Assembly: GCA_964016885.1 (NCBI GenBank)
Contig: OZ024745.1
Location: 113,460,001 to 113,524,000, forward strand
Source: Eledone cirrhosa
Taxonomy: Eukaryota
Direction of reading: 5' to 3'
DNA: 64,000 bases
This document shows, piece after piece, positions 1 to 17,154 of the stretch (positions are counted from its first letter, which is position 1; every line of letters begins with the position of its first letter). A program made the position numbers and the translations under genes. The notes beneath the pieces were generated by a model. The model searched no databases. It was not told where the DNA came from and saw only the letters and a program-made list of their open reading frames with translations.

Positions 1-2199
1 AACAGTGTTTCATCCATAGCCTAGGGCAGGAATCATCGGAGCCTATAAACAAAAGTATATCAAAGGTTTCAGGCTCCATCGAGCCTAGTCACCAGAACAA
101 GGAAGAAGTTCAAGTAGGGGCACACAATACATGATACATATAATGTCATAAAAAAATTACATAATAAAAAATGACATCAAAGGTTTATCACATAAATGGT
201 GCAATAGATAGTTGAGAGAGGAGAGCAAGAAATGAATGAGGGTGTTACTCAGCATGATCAAAAGACAAACCAAGCATAGATACATCAATTCACAAGCAGT
301 GCAAGTACATGATTTACAGGCAGAGTATGAAAGCTTGTAAGCAGGAGTCAGTAACCATAAAAGTTGGTTAGCTATGGTGCAGCTTTACAGGCAGGATTGT
401 TTATAGGAAAGATGGTGCACTCTAGTAGTATCGCCTTGTAACAGGTTGATTTCTCCATATCCGGCCACCACACTCTATCCATTGGTTCCAGTTCCAAGTA
501 TTTCCAAATACACGCATAGAGGATCTCTCCACAGAGGCAGTCTGCAACAAACACCTTAAATCCAAAACAGAATACAATGAAGTGAGGTAAAGCAGTGTAC
601 ATGCACTGCTGGCACTCCAATGAAGGAAGTGGAAATAAAACGGGTCCACAATATCTGCTATCTCTCACAGTCTTCACGTTCGGTTATGCAACCCAACATC
701 CCACGTGAAATACACTGTATGGCCTAGTCGTCATCGGTGATACCATATGTAAATATACTACAGTAAATGCTATTGGTAATGGCTAGTTAGTCTCGTAGAC
801 AGAAAGCGTGTATAGAAAACTCCGCCTATGGAATTACCTAGGGCAGAGTGAAGGAAAAGAAGTTATGGTTAGGTTAATAGGCGAGCCTATTAGAATAAGT
901 GTAAATTTCTTCTGTGTACAAGTACTGCAGAAGATATAGTAAACTCACGGCTAGAACTATCGATGACAACAATGTTGTTTACATGTCCACCACGTGGTTT
1001 TCGTGTAGATCACTGAATCTGGAGGTTGTAATCCTTTCACAGTCGGGTATAACCCCTCCTGGGTCGGCTGGAAGTCAATATCAACTGTCGCACTTTGCCT
1101 TTAATGTGGTTTTATAATTTATTAAATTTTCAGCACAATTCATATTCCACAATTTCAATATTTACCTTCTCATTAGTAACTCCCAACGGTTGTCAAAATA
1201 CGAACGCAGGAAGTCGTTGTGCTCTTCTGGAAAGTATGGGAGGCAGCTCGCGTCATAAAGGGCGGATTCATTAGATATCCCCGGGACGCTTGGGGTAAAC
1301 CAGTTGTTCGATTCAAACCCTACCGGGGTTTGATCGATCATGTGGGACGTAGTTCACTCGATCTGCTCCCATTGTTCACTATATTATGTTTGATCCATCT
1401 ACCACGTTATGGTTAAGGCTATCTGGATCCAAGATGCCCAGGCCATCCGCCTTATAGCTGTGGCAGAGTATGTTGGGCTTTCGATACACTATTATGTTGT
1501 GCTATCAGTTAGCGCACAATGGGCATTTTTATAAACCTTATCCCATTGGTTAGTATGGGTAGGTGCCCGTATAGGGTCAAACTGTGCTGGGTGGAGTGAA
1601 AATGCCTTAAGTGGGTTGTACCATAAGGGTTATTGGCTTAAGGTAAAAAGATGATTAAGGTAAAGAAAAAAGTAAGACAGAATGAGAGAGAGAAAAGAGG
1701 ATAAGAACCAATATACGCTTGAAGGGCTCTAATTGATAGCCTTAACCATAACGTGGTAGATAGTCGACCCAGGAGGGGTTATACTCGACTGTGAAAGGCC
1801 GATTGTTTCTCTGTGTAATCAAAGTATCATCAGAGGTCAAATTATTCAAATCACTTGACATCAACTTATCTATAAAAATCATTTAAAATAACAACCAAGG
1901 AATACACAACACAATTTGAATATTACTGAAAGAAAATTATCTAAAATCAATAAAACAAATCTTGAGTAGAGATAACGTTCTCAGCTATAATACCATATTT
2001 GGAATCATGTTTCGTATCCAGTTATGAGGGCAGGAAGAAGACGAATCTATGAGTGCATGTTAAAACTTGAAAATATAAAATATAAATAAAGATAGAATTT
2101 TAAATATATAACTAAATATATATTTGATTTTAGATCTAGGATATATCTACCATACTCTAAACCAATTAAAAAGAACCAGAAAGTTACAGAATTTGGAAC

Positions 2200-2373
2200 A
2201 ACAGGTATTTGAAAATAAGCGCCAAGCCCCTGTGGAGTACATTCAACACAAAGGTCCTCCAAGAGATCTTGGAAAACTGCCAGCAACCTAATAATGCGGA
2301 ATTTTTCTTCACCTGTAATTTGGTTCCTGTATACAGTGCTATGAAAGAATCTTAACTTGAGTTTGCTGATCAT
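2200..2373 (-). pseudogene. Possible degenerate LTR-retrotransposon integrase core remnant
   Basis: FFHSTVYRNQITGEEKF resembles the STPYHPQTNGxxERF integrase motif. RVWWPDM near 460-480 is also integrase-like. Very decayed. Confidence 0.3.
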
Positions 2374-2768
2374 GAAATCAAACTAGTTCAAATAATTTTA
2401 TCACACTATAGAAACTGATGGTGCTGAAGGCTTCTATCGACACCCCTGGGCATAGATAACATTTGAACAGTATAACAGTCTGTTATCCTATATTTCCGTA
2501 TTTAGACAGTGATTGTATTCAAGTTATATTTCCTAAAGTTCTTTCAATTTATGACAGCTCTTGCTCTATTTTGATACATTTAGGGTTTCAAATATTGGTT
2601 TCTAATGTTTGATATACTGGATGTTTCCATTGACTGGAAACTATAATTGATAGGGTCTAACAATGAAATAATGATGGGAATAGATAAGTTTAGATTTATC
2701 AGGTCAATTCCAATTTTAAGTTTGAAGTTCGTACTTATACATATGGTTTTTAAACGCCCCCCCCCCCC

Positions 2769-2808
<40 letters not shown>

Positions 2809-3705
2809 TGAGTGTCTTTCTCTGGTAGTAGGTGTATAATACCACCTGTTTGTTTGGCTTTCGATTACCACAACAATATTTCACACCCCCACACTCTACG
2901 TCCCACTAAATGCCAGAAAAAAGCACTAAGCCCAATAAACTATTCACAATACTTTTTTTTTTTTTTTACTTCCATCTCTTGGCTGATAGATAGTACTTAG
3001 CTATAAATACATCTATTCAGTTTCGCTCGGTTGTAATCCTTAGACAAGCTGTCCAGCAACACATAAAACCTGCATCTGTTCACTTTTTCCGTCGATATTT
3101 TATATCTAATCATATCTTGTATCAGTTTACAATAAGCTAACCTATTTTAAAATTGAAATTTCCTCAACACTTCGTAAAACGATTGTTTTTGCTTTGTTTT
3201 GTTATTTTAGTCTTGTTTTATCTGGCAGTTAGATAACGCTTGAAAAAATATTCATTCTAATCGCTTTCAGTACTTGATTTTTGCATACTTTATCTACCGC
3301 GGAATAATTAAATACTAAGTCAACCTCGGAGATGAATTTACAATCAGAATGCGAAACGATATAACGAAATAGTTCATAATATTGTGTCTATCACTTTATA
3401 CTTTCCCGCACTCCAGTGCAATGAAAATATTAAAATTATTTTTGATATATACACATGAAATCTGAAAATATTTGATGAAGAAGCATTTAAGGAAGAGAAG
3501 AGCATTAGAGTGGAACCCTGAAGTTGAACGCGATGGAATTTAAATACAGAATGTATAGAACCACAACAAAATCCGGCAAGGTATACTACTCGATGATATA
3601 ACGTAAAATATAACCATATAGTACAGGATCATTTTCCACTCAGCTTATTAAACCTTACGTTTTTAAAACACGGAATAGTTCATGTCAACTGTCCAATATT
3701 ATATT

Positions 3706-3889
3706 GGTGGATTAGCAGTATCGGTAGAGGGTCGGACGCCATGCTTTGCAGCAAAGAGTTACGGCCCTTTATGATATGAGTTCAAATCCCGCCGAGGTTA
3801 ACTTTACCTTTCATCTTTACGGGGTCGATAAAATAAGTACCAGTAATACACTGGGATAAGTGCTGGCCTTGTGCCAAAAGTAGAAACAA
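3706..3889 (+). mobile_element. SINE family 1
   Basis: Colinear with the 11163 copy. Confidence 0.85.
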
Positions 3890-4035
3890 CTATATTAGTA
3901 AGATGCATGATTAAAGAAAATATGTGTTGAGGTATAGCCACCTATGCTATTCGTTTTACCCAAAGTGACAAATGGTATGCATAAGTGAAATTTGAAGCCT
4001 GTTACAAAATGTAGAAGGATATCTGTTACATATAA

Positions 4036-4213
4036 CTGTTTCTACTTTAGGCACAAGGCCAGCAATTACCCAGTGCATTACTGGTACTTTATTTTATCGA
4101 CCCCGTAAGGATGAAAGGCAAAGTCAACCTCGGCGGAATTTGAACTCAGATCGTAAAGGGACGTAACTATGCTGGAAAGCATGGTGTCTGACCCTCTACC
4201 GATATTGCCAATC
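4036..4213 (-). mobile_element. SINE family 1 with TSD ACATATAAC
   Basis: Reverse complement of the 11163 copy. Tail-to-tail with the 3706 copy. Confidence 0.85.
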
Positions 4214-5131
4214 ACATATAACAGTGTTGGTTTTGTGATATTAATGTTAAACATACGTTATCCCAGATCAGTGAGTGAGCATTTTTCAGGGAGATACATA
4301 TCCAATGAAGAAGAATTCATCAATTCGTTTAGTGTGTTATATCAAAATGATGATTGTGAGGTTGATGATTAGCTGAAAGGACGGTGAACAAATTAACTTT
4401 ACATAATCTGGAACCTTGTATGACCAGGAATCCTTGTGATAATTACATAGAATTGACAAATAAGTGTATATAGTTTTATATAACGGATATGCCATAGAAA
4501 TTCAGTAAGCATGAAACTTCACCTTAAACCTGTCGAATTCTATATAATTCGCATCCGCCTTCCGGCATATAACTTTCTGAATTACACGCTCCCATGGGAA
4601 ATATATAAACTTATATCTTAACCTTTTCAATTTAATTTACCTTACATTTCTAGTTTCTAGAATATTCCTTGGCTTTTGTAAATCTAAAGGCCTTTCAATT
4701 GCAACTGATTTAACTTGAGATCAGCTCTAAATTTTAGATATAACCTTTGATTTGTTTAGCGCTATTTTCGAAATAACCCTTGATCTGTTTAACATTACAT
4801 TCGACATAACTTTTTCAAAGCAATCATTTGAATTTATACATCAATACTAACCAAAAATGAAGACTTTCTTCACTGTTCTCTTTCTCGTTCTGATTTGTAT
4901 ATAGTTTATTCTTTCTTTTCTTCGTATTCATCATAAAATCCTTATCTCTTTTAGGAAGTCTATTGATATATAATCCACACAAATATGAAAGGGTTTACAC
5001 ATACAAATAGGCACACACACATACATACACAAGCATATATAAATATATATGTATATACATATACATGTTTGCGTGTGAGTGTGTTTGTATATCTATCTAT
5101 TTATATCTATCTATCTATTTATCTCTCTCTC

Positions 5132-5224
<93 letters not shown>

Positions 5225-7996
5225 GTGTGTATATGTATGTATGGATATATATGTATATATACATGTGTATGTCCCCACCCCCCACTTTCAAGCGTGAAAC
5301 TAATACTTATATCATGTTACTGCCTCTATGTTTTTGTTCTCTGTTCATTTATTAAACTATATATATATATGTGTGTGTGTGTGTGTAAGAGAGTTTGTGA
5401 ATAACAATGTGTTTGTGTGTATACGTATTTACGATACTAATTTAATTTGTAGACATTATATAAACATTGACAGCATTACTTTGAAAATCATTTCTTTACC
5501 AATACAATACATTTTAAATTACTCAATTTTCTTTTTAAATTATACCTCTGAGATTTTCCAAAGGTTGTTTTTCTGAAACACTTTAGGAAATGTAGAACAT
5601 TGAATGAAAGCATTGCTGCATTGAATCTTTCATTGATTGATTGGAATTTATAAACCTTTTTTTTTTTTATTTGATATACAAAACCGTATAAATATTATGA
5701 TGTACAACGAAACTTCCGAAAGCTATCTTCTGAGGAAACAGACATTCGTGGACTACAAGAACAAAATCCGTTACTCAATTTCAAATTGTTACTAGAGAAA
5801 AGACATTCCACTCTGTGGTGTTTTCAGGGAACTTACTGGAAACGCTTCAAATTATTTGGCATAACTGGACTTCAATCATAATAGGAATCGATAGCAGGAA
5901 ACAACTTGTATATAATCCCCTACGGATAATTTCGCATATAAATGTATATTTAACAGCAAATGCTCTCATTCAACCGCCTGACTTCGTAGTTTCTCAGCAA
6001 TTACCTCTATCCAAACTTTCTGATATTTTTATCATTTCTCCGTCTTCCTTCAATATTGTCACTAAAATGTTCTGCCATATATCTTCTTATCGACTCGCAT
6101 TGCATATTTTCTTAAAACTCTATGGAGGATTATCTTTGTAACATTCTACATTTTCCTCATAATAAAACACACACACGCCAGTATACATGCATACCTTAAT
6201 ATTCTTTTCTTTTTATCTCACTGAAGCTGTACAATATCTAATTTTGTCTCCATATTTTATGAAAATTTTATTTATGTATATTTTCAAAAGAATATATTTC
6301 AAAATTCATTTAATACGTTTATGATAGCTGAATGTTTATAAAAATATTGATAACATTCATATTGGAAATAGAGACGTTTGCATAAGTTTCTAAACCCTAT
6401 AAAGAAAGACATTGAGATAATTTCTTACATAGATAATTTCTTACAAGATAGAATAACATCAAACAATAACTTAAATATGTAATAGCTGATAACAATATAT
6501 TTATGACAGCATTCGTCATATAGAATTGATTTGGTGTACAAATACACACGGAGACCTACAATCATATGTATATATGTATGTGATAATGTGTATATGTGTG
6601 TGTGCCTTGTGGAGTTCGGAGTGGTGTGTGGGTGAGAGAGAGAGAGTGTGTGTGTATGTAATAAGAAGCAACACAGAAAGTAAGCACAGAGTAAAAAAAA
6701 AAGAATGCCAATGAAAATTCATGCTAAAATCTATTTTCTACTTTAGACAATATATCAATGATTTCTGTAATGATGCTACATACTTCAAAGAACATAGTCA
6801 TGCTTTTCATTAATTATCTACTTCATTAAAGTTTGTTGTAACAAATGTATTTATAAACCAAATTTTACACTCAAAATAAATTTATTTTTATTCCTAATCT
6901 ATTCATAAATACACATTCTTATATTTTATTCGGTTTTCACAACTGGAAGAAATTTAATGACGTAATGAGAAGATACTTGTGAAAACTAACTGGAAAAAGA
7001 CGCAAAACTACAGCTGAAACCGAAATGAGGGATTAGCTACCACGAGTCTTACAGCTCTTTTAAAATATTTGCCATTTTCGCATATTGCTGAAAGAGAATA
7101 AATGATGTTTATCACTTCGGCATGACCGCAGAAATTCTTAGCAAATTTGTTTTCCGAAACATGATTGGTTAATATAATGTTTAAAAGGTAGCTGTATGTC
7201 CCTGTACTAGACATAATGAAAGGCATATTCACAAAAATAAATCAACTAAATATTAACTGGAATATAATGTGAGAGGTTTTAAGTGCTATTGTTTTGGTTG
7301 ATGATCGACATATGAAAAGAATAGTTTCATTCTACAAACACTAGAGAATTAAGTTACGGTGACTCAAAAAAACCAATTACTAAAACGACATGCGTTTCAC
7401 TTTTTATTGCTAGTTCACCAGGAGTGTAAGGATATATTAAACCTTCCAACTCGTGCCCTGTATCACAAAGAAGAATGATCCTTTAAGCAATCACCTCAGA
7501 GATTGATTCTTGATTACAACTACAGAGCGTATGTCACTAAATCTTTGATAATAGGTAATAATGTCACAATATCGTTTCGCTTTGGCAATTTATCTGAGGT
7601 TCTTAGCTTAGAGTTGGAATTTCTTTCGTATGAAGTGGAAACTTACATAGATTTTCTTATTTCAAAATGGCGGATTAACTCGATATAAATATACATGTTT
7701 GTGTGTATATGGATGTTTAAAATGTATTGTGTGATTATGAGTATGTACGATATTACTGGCGTTGCTCTGTGTCTCTTGACGAAACATGAGAATCATAAAA
7801 CCAAATCTAAACTTCATTAAAATAAGGTGTCGATATAGAAATGATTCTTTGTTACCGTGCCATGTATTACTATGACCCATTGCTTACAAAGAAATGTATT
7901 AGATGGCTATACATAGATGGTGAGTTTCAGTAACTGCGTTTTAATAAGGTTCCAATATGTGCTAGATAAAAACTCTAAATTTACACGTTTAAAATA

Positions 7997-8712
7997 TCAC
8001 ACGCAAATACACGCACACATACATCCACCTACCATACATACATACATACATACATACAAACATACATACATATATGCATACATACACACACATTTACATA
8101 CATACATAAATGAATGTATACATAATACATATACACAAATACACATACACACATACACACACATACACACACACATACATACATACACACACATACACGC
8201 ATACATAGACACACACAACCAAACACATATACACATATACACACATACATGCATACATACATACATACATACACACATAAATGCATGATACATAATACAT
8301 ATACACACACATATACACATACATACATATACACACATACACGCATACATACACACATATACACACACATATACACACATACACACACATACACACACAT
8401 ACACACATACTTACACACACACACACACACATACACACATACATATATACATACACACATACATACATACATAGATAAATGCATGTATACATAATACATA
8501 TACGCATATACACATGCACACATACACACACACGTACACACATACACATACACACATACACATACACACATATACATACATACACTCACACATACACGCA
8601 TACACACACACACATACACGCATACATACATACATACACACACACACATACACACATACATACACATACATACTTACATACATACACATACATACTTACA
8701 TACATATATACA
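7997..8712. repeat. Complex (CA)/(CATA) microsatellite
   Basis: Direct reading. Higher-order motif ATAAATGCATG..ACATAATACAT recurs three times. Confidence 0.95.
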
Positions 8713-8713
8713 T

Positions 8714-9299
8714 GGTGGCTGCCAACTCGTTTTCGAGTACGGCCACTACTTTATATCCATGTAGGAGAACCCCTACCGATGCGCTGAACGAGTATGACTT
8801 TTTAGTCCAGCCAGGGACTTGAAAACCTGGTACAAACACGACACTTGTGACAATTATTGACACGTAGTGCTGGGCCCATGGTACCATGTGACGACAGGTG
8901 CAGAGAGATCTCCAGATATAAAGCAATGCCTGTTCCGTAAAGCTTTTATAGTGAGCAAAGGCACTGCACAAAGCCAGTCCCACTCTCTTAACCAAGTTGA
9001 TATTTACCAAAAAGAAGAACAAGTCAACATCATTGGATACCATCAGGGTTGCAGGTGTTATATGAGAGTTTTCCTTCTCCTAGAATTCTGCCTTGACAAA
9101 GGCTAAGGGATCATCTGTCCCGGTGATTTTGGATGGCCATTGACTCTTAAGAGCTCCTTTGCCCTTTAACAGGTTTTGTTTTTAGTCCTGCAGGATGTCC
9201 AAAGTCACCCTCCTCACCAAGAAACCTTGGTGGGGTTGCCAGTTTACTCGCCAACAACCCGACCATGGAACAGGTTGTACTGGGATACATGTTACCAGT
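8714..9299 (-). mobile_element. RTE-derived family A, near full length
   Basis: Reverse complement of 40240-40846, with (CATA)n on both sides. Confidence 0.8.
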
Positions 9300-9383
9300 T
9301 ATACAATACATACATACATACATACATACATACATACATACATACATACATACATACATACATACATACATACATACATACAT

Positions 9384-9812
9384 AAAGCACAACCGGCCTG
9401 ATATTGTAGTTTGGGACCACACATTGAAAACGTGTTCTGTTGTGGAGATCAGCTGCCCACTTGATGTAAACGTTGTCAGAAAAATACAGGAGAAGGAGGA
9501 CATCTACGGACCATTGATGAGGAGTTTACAAATCCAGTATCCAAGATACACCTTTAGCTTCATACCCATCATTATTGGTGCTACGGGTTATATACCAACC
9601 CGCTTGGACCAAAGTATGACTGAACTTGGATTTGCGGACAAAAAGCGCAGCTCCCTAATTCATAGTCTATAAATGGCTGCGATAGCTGGCACCTTCAAAA
9701 TTTGCAAAACATTCTTGCGATTCAAGGGATGACAATTTTTTTTCTTTTACAACCTTGCCACCAGGAAGGTGGCCGGTCAAAAAATATACTCAAAATTAAG
9801 AGAAAGAGAAAA
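9384..9812 (+). mobile_element. 3' end of an RLE-type (R4/Dong-like) non-LTR retrotransposon, copy 1
   Basis: KHNRPDIVVWD..CSVVEISCP..EK...Y is a PD-(D/E)xK restriction-like endonuclease. One premature stop. Short 3' UTR, with (CATA)n on both sides. Confidence 0.85.
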
Positions 9813-9910
9813 CATACATACATACATACATACATACATACATACATACATACATACATACATACATACATACATACATACATACATACATACATACATA
9901 CATACATACA

Positions 9911-10432
9911 ATAAAATTAACAACAAACGAGGAAGAATATATTGAGACAGCTAGCACTAAGGAATACTGGTGGAACCTGAAAATAAAAACTGCCACCAAA
10001 TTAAAGCACAACCGGCCTGATATTGTTGTTTGGGACCACACATTGAAAACGTGTTCTGTTGTGGAGATCAGCTGCCCACTTGATGTAAACGTTGTCAGAA
10101 AAATACAGGAGAAGAAGGACATCTACGGACCATTGATGAGGAGTTTACAAATCCAGTATCCAAGATACAACTTTAACTTTATACCCATCATTATTGGATC
10201 TACGGGTTATATACCAACCCGCTTGGACCAAAGTATGACTGAACTTGGATTTGCAGACAAAGAGCGCAGCTCCCTAATTCATAGTTTACAAATGGCTGTG
10301 ATAGCTGGCACCTTCAAAATTTGCAAAACATTCTTGCGATTCAAGGGATGACAATTTCTTTTCTTTTACAACGTTGCCACCAGGAAGGTGGCCGGTCAAA
10401 AAAATATACTCGAAATTAAGAGAAAGAGATAA
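9911..10432 (+). mobile_element. 3' end of the same RLE-type LINE, copy 2 (longer)
   Basis: Near-identical to copy 1. Open frame from EYWWNLKIKT through RPDIVVWD to KTFLRFKG*. Preceded by (CATA)n and followed by CATACATAC. Confidence 0.87.
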
Positions 10433-11162
10433 CATACATACTGAATAAACAACGAAATTTGTCAGGCGTTTGTAAATTTTGGCTGGCTTTCTGCCTTCTA
10501 GTACACAATTCCCATTACATCTGTCCATAATAACAGAAGACACTTAATCTAACATAAGTTTACAATAGAGCTTTTATTTTCTTATTTTTGCTCCGGGCTA
10601 TCTTTTGCGTGCTCGGTATAATAAACGTATTGTACCTTGTAATGTATAAGCTCATTGTTTTCATCAAAAATATAAAAAAAAATAAAATAAAAAAAATAGC
10701 GTCGTTTAAAATACACGTAGACGTTAATAGTTATAATAGTTAATAGGAATCATTGTGAGATATGTAATAAATGACCTTGTTTCAAGAAGCTGGTACAATG
10801 CGGTAAATATATAAAGGGCAAAGAATGATAAATAAAACAAAACAAAGTAATGTTTTACTGAGTATATTTCAAATGTAAAACGGAAAAAGTTCATAACAAA
10901 TACGATCGATGTGATCAAATACGATCGATGTGATCAGCTATGCGATCGTGGAGCCGTTATAGTATACTTTAATGTTCCAGCATTGCATTGCAGTCAGTGT
11001 ATTCATCTTCCAGTGATATCATTTTATCTTCTGGTATTTCCTAATAAAACCCACATGATACTGATTTTATTTTCTGTTTTAGAACATCTAAATTAAGCTA
11101 ATTGTTCGTGACGATAAGAGAAATCCCCTTAAAACTGTGAATATTATTTCAACTGATTAAAT

Positions 11163-11346
11163 GGCGGTGGATTGGCAGTATCGGTAGAGGGTCGGACGCC
11201 ATGCTTTCCAGCATAGTTACGTCCCTTTAAGATCTGAGTTCAAATCCCGCCGAGGTTCACTTTGCCTTTCATCCTTACGGGGTCGATAAAATAAAGTACC
11301 AGTAATGCACTGGGTAATTGCTGGCCTTGTGCCTAAAGTAGAAACA
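11163..11346 (+). mobile_element. tRNA-derived SINE family 1 (resembles octopus OK-type SINE), full length, 19-bp TSD
   Basis: A-box-like TGGCAGTATCGG and B-box GAGTTCAAATCC. TSD ATTATTTCAACTGATTAAA at 11143-11161 and 11347-11365. Confidence 0.88.
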
Positions 11347-11687
11347 ATTATTTCAACTGATTAAAATATATATTCCTGTCAAATTTGGTTAGACTACATA
11401 TATTTACAAACACTCAAACTCCCGTAGACACGTGAAAGGTACGCAAACACACACAGACACACGTGCTTTTTCTCATCAAATTTGTTTCAATTTTATCTGC
11501 TTCTCATTCTCCTCTATCTTTCTATTTCTTATTTTATTTCTTATTTTATCATCTGGTAAATGACCAGTAGCCGAGACGTTAAGACTCTTTTCCTAATATA
11601 TCAAGCTGTAAACTAATATTTATCTTCATTGTACTGTATCGTTTAGCTGTGTTTTTCCATTTACTTTTCGCATATATATATACATAC

Positions 11688-11722
<35 letters not shown>

Positions 11723-11829
11723 GATATATATATAGGTAAATGTATATATATTTAAGGCTAGTTTATCTGAAGGGATCGGAAAGAAACACACAAATAGATA
11801 AGGTACTCAATGCGTTAGTAGAGAAGTAG

Positions 11830-11870
<41 letters not shown>

Positions 11871-12108
11871 AATAGAAAAATGACTTCAGCAGCACATTCA
11901 TGTTGATTTCATACGAATGAAACAGTTCTAACTGAATTGAATTGACTGGGATAGATATATAGTTATTATCTCATAGCCGGATCTGTTTTCATTAATAATG
12001 AATATTTATGCCATACTTGTAGATATTTGAAGTATACATTTGTAAATATATAGGTGTACATGTGGTTCTGCATCTGAGTCATATCGACAAATCTACAGTC
12101 CTGAATAT

Positions 12109-12176
12109 AGAAGAAGAAGAAGAAGAAGAAGAAGAAGAAGAAGAAGAAGAAGAAGAAGAAGAAGAAGAAGAAGAAG

Positions 12177-12205
<29 letters not shown>
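12109..12205. repeat. (GAA)n microsatellite
   Basis: Direct reading. Confidence 0.95.
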
Positions 12206-12207
<2 letters not shown>

Positions 12208-13088
12208 CGACCTCAGTACTATCGTCGTGCTTTATTTATCGACCTCAAAGTTAACCCCAGTGGGACATACGCACAGCACAACAACAACAACAACAACAAA
12301 AGCAATACGCAATCCTTTCCTATAAACACTAACCTTGTGACGTATGGCTAGATCAAAATGTTAACCAGATTCTCTAGAGACAGTGAGCACTTTCTTTAAA
12401 ACAAACGCGTCTTGAACAATCTCTAACCACCCAGAATGCCAATCTTTTCTTTGCTGATGTTCTAATACCAAAGACTGGTTGATAGAATGTTGGGCTCATC
12501 TTTAACTTCCCATGAATAGGAATTCAGGGAGAAAATATTAATTTTCATCTCGAATGTAATTAGGCGCTACCATTTCACAAACCGTTTCAAACTTCAAACC
12601 TAGGGAAATAACTAGGGTTTATTTGCATACCTTTAAAGAAAAGTCTATCGGAGATCGTATAGTCTTCCATTTCCTTAATTATAATTCCATGCATGCTGCC
12701 AATGTTGTTGATTTCTCTCAGTGTGAGTATGTATAGGAATTTGTATGGGAGTAATTGTGTATGTGATAGAGCGAAAAAGAGAGAGAATGAAAGAGAAAGA
12801 GAAGAAAAGAGTATGTGGAGTGGGTGCGTAGGTGGGAGACTTCAAAGGATTTCATTTTCTCAGATATTATCTTGCATGTAATATTCTGAAGGTACATAAT
12901 TATCATTTCTAATATACATATAAATCCATAAATTTTCTTTAAAACTGCAGACCATAAATGTAATGAAATATAATTACGTTTTGGAGAGGATGTAAAAAAG
13001 TAAGCATGTATTTAATTATAATAGAATTTATCTAAATTAAGAGCTTTATTTTTTGAAGTGTAACTTTATTAGAATGTAAATAAGTTAA

Positions 13089-13185
<97 letters not shown>

Positions 13186-13362
13186 TATTATATATATATA
13201 GGAAAAAGTTTAACCCCGACGGCAGAGTTCAAGCCGTTTCGACGGCTATTTCTGGACTATTACCCATTTCTTTTACTATTACCCACTCTACTGCACTAAG
13301 TATTGAGTACTCTGGTGAGTTATGGTCCATCTGGCTCCTTACCACACCTCCTTCCTTATATA

Positions 13363-13427
<65 letters not shown>

Positions 13428-13811
13428 ATAATAATTTGAAGACTAAAATCCAAAGAGGGCCCGATAAGGAAAAATATATATCAAATATATATATTATGCT
13501 TAGAAGTGACCAGGATACTAATTCATCATCCACTGACGAGCAAGAAATGGTATTCCTCTTCACAATTAATTTTGTGAAACAGCATTACCAAAGCTGTCCG
13601 GGTGATTGGTAATTACCACAATTCCGGTTTGTATTTATTTTCTTGATTTATTCTTAAATTGAGTCTGGCAAACTCTATTGTCTGTAGTTAGTATTCTTTT
13701 CACCTTAGCGAATATGGTCCGTTACGATTTGAACACATATATGTATATATCTGTGTTCGTTTTTCTTTTATATTCAATTATAATATATATATATGTATAT
13801 CTATCTATCTA

Positions 13812-13868
<57 letters not shown>

Positions 13869-13869
13869 T

Positions 13870-13906
<37 letters not shown>

Positions 13907-14049
13907 TATTCAAAATATTAACAAATGAAGATATTCACATAAACAAAATATATGCTTTATTATATATATTTCGAAGGTACTGTGTTGTTTTTTTTCCAGT
14001 ACTTCCTCGTCAGATAAAATATATGATTTGATATATGACATACGTTTTA

Positions 14050-16849
<2,800 letters not shown>

Positions 16850-17119
16850 AAGGCGCATGGTTTAATGGTTAGAGCATTGGGTTTGCAATCGAAAGGTTGT
16901 GTGTTCAATTCTCAGATCGGGTGATGTGTTGTTTCCTTGAGCAAGACACTTTATTTCACGTTGCTCCAGTTTACTCAGCTGTAGAAATGAGATGAGGAGG
17001 TACCGGCCTGCCCGCCCAGCCAGTGAGATGGCGTAATCTTATGGCTAAAACAGCACGTCGTGCTTTGACCAGCGGCGCCGAATGGACGCCCGATAGACCG
17101 GACGGTCAAGGTGATCAAG

Positions 17120-17122
<3 letters not shown>
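16850..17122 (+). mobile_element. tRNA-derived SINE family 2 with CORE-like middle
   Basis: TGGTTTAATGGTTAGAGC A box and GTTCAATTC B box, then CCTTGAGCAAGACACTT...CAGCTGTAGAAATG, resembling the CORE domain. Confidence 0.7.

Positions 17123-17152
<30 letters not shown>

Positions 17153-17154
<2 letters not shown>

Noticed and set aside
9147-9300. HDV-like ribozyme in the RTE-derived head
   Set aside because: Hairpins and a CTAA motif exist, but I could not build the P1-P2-P3-P1.1 nested pseudoknot by hand.
12062-12325. Poly-Glu ORF
   Set aside because: A (GAA)n tract beside a degenerate SINE-like fragment. No splice or domain support.
13528-13560. CTGACGA-GCAA-GAAA stem-II-less hammerhead candidate
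   Set aside because: No convincing stem I.
16850-16925. tRNA gene
   Set aside because: Only the tRNA-like head of a SINE. No complete cloverleaf.
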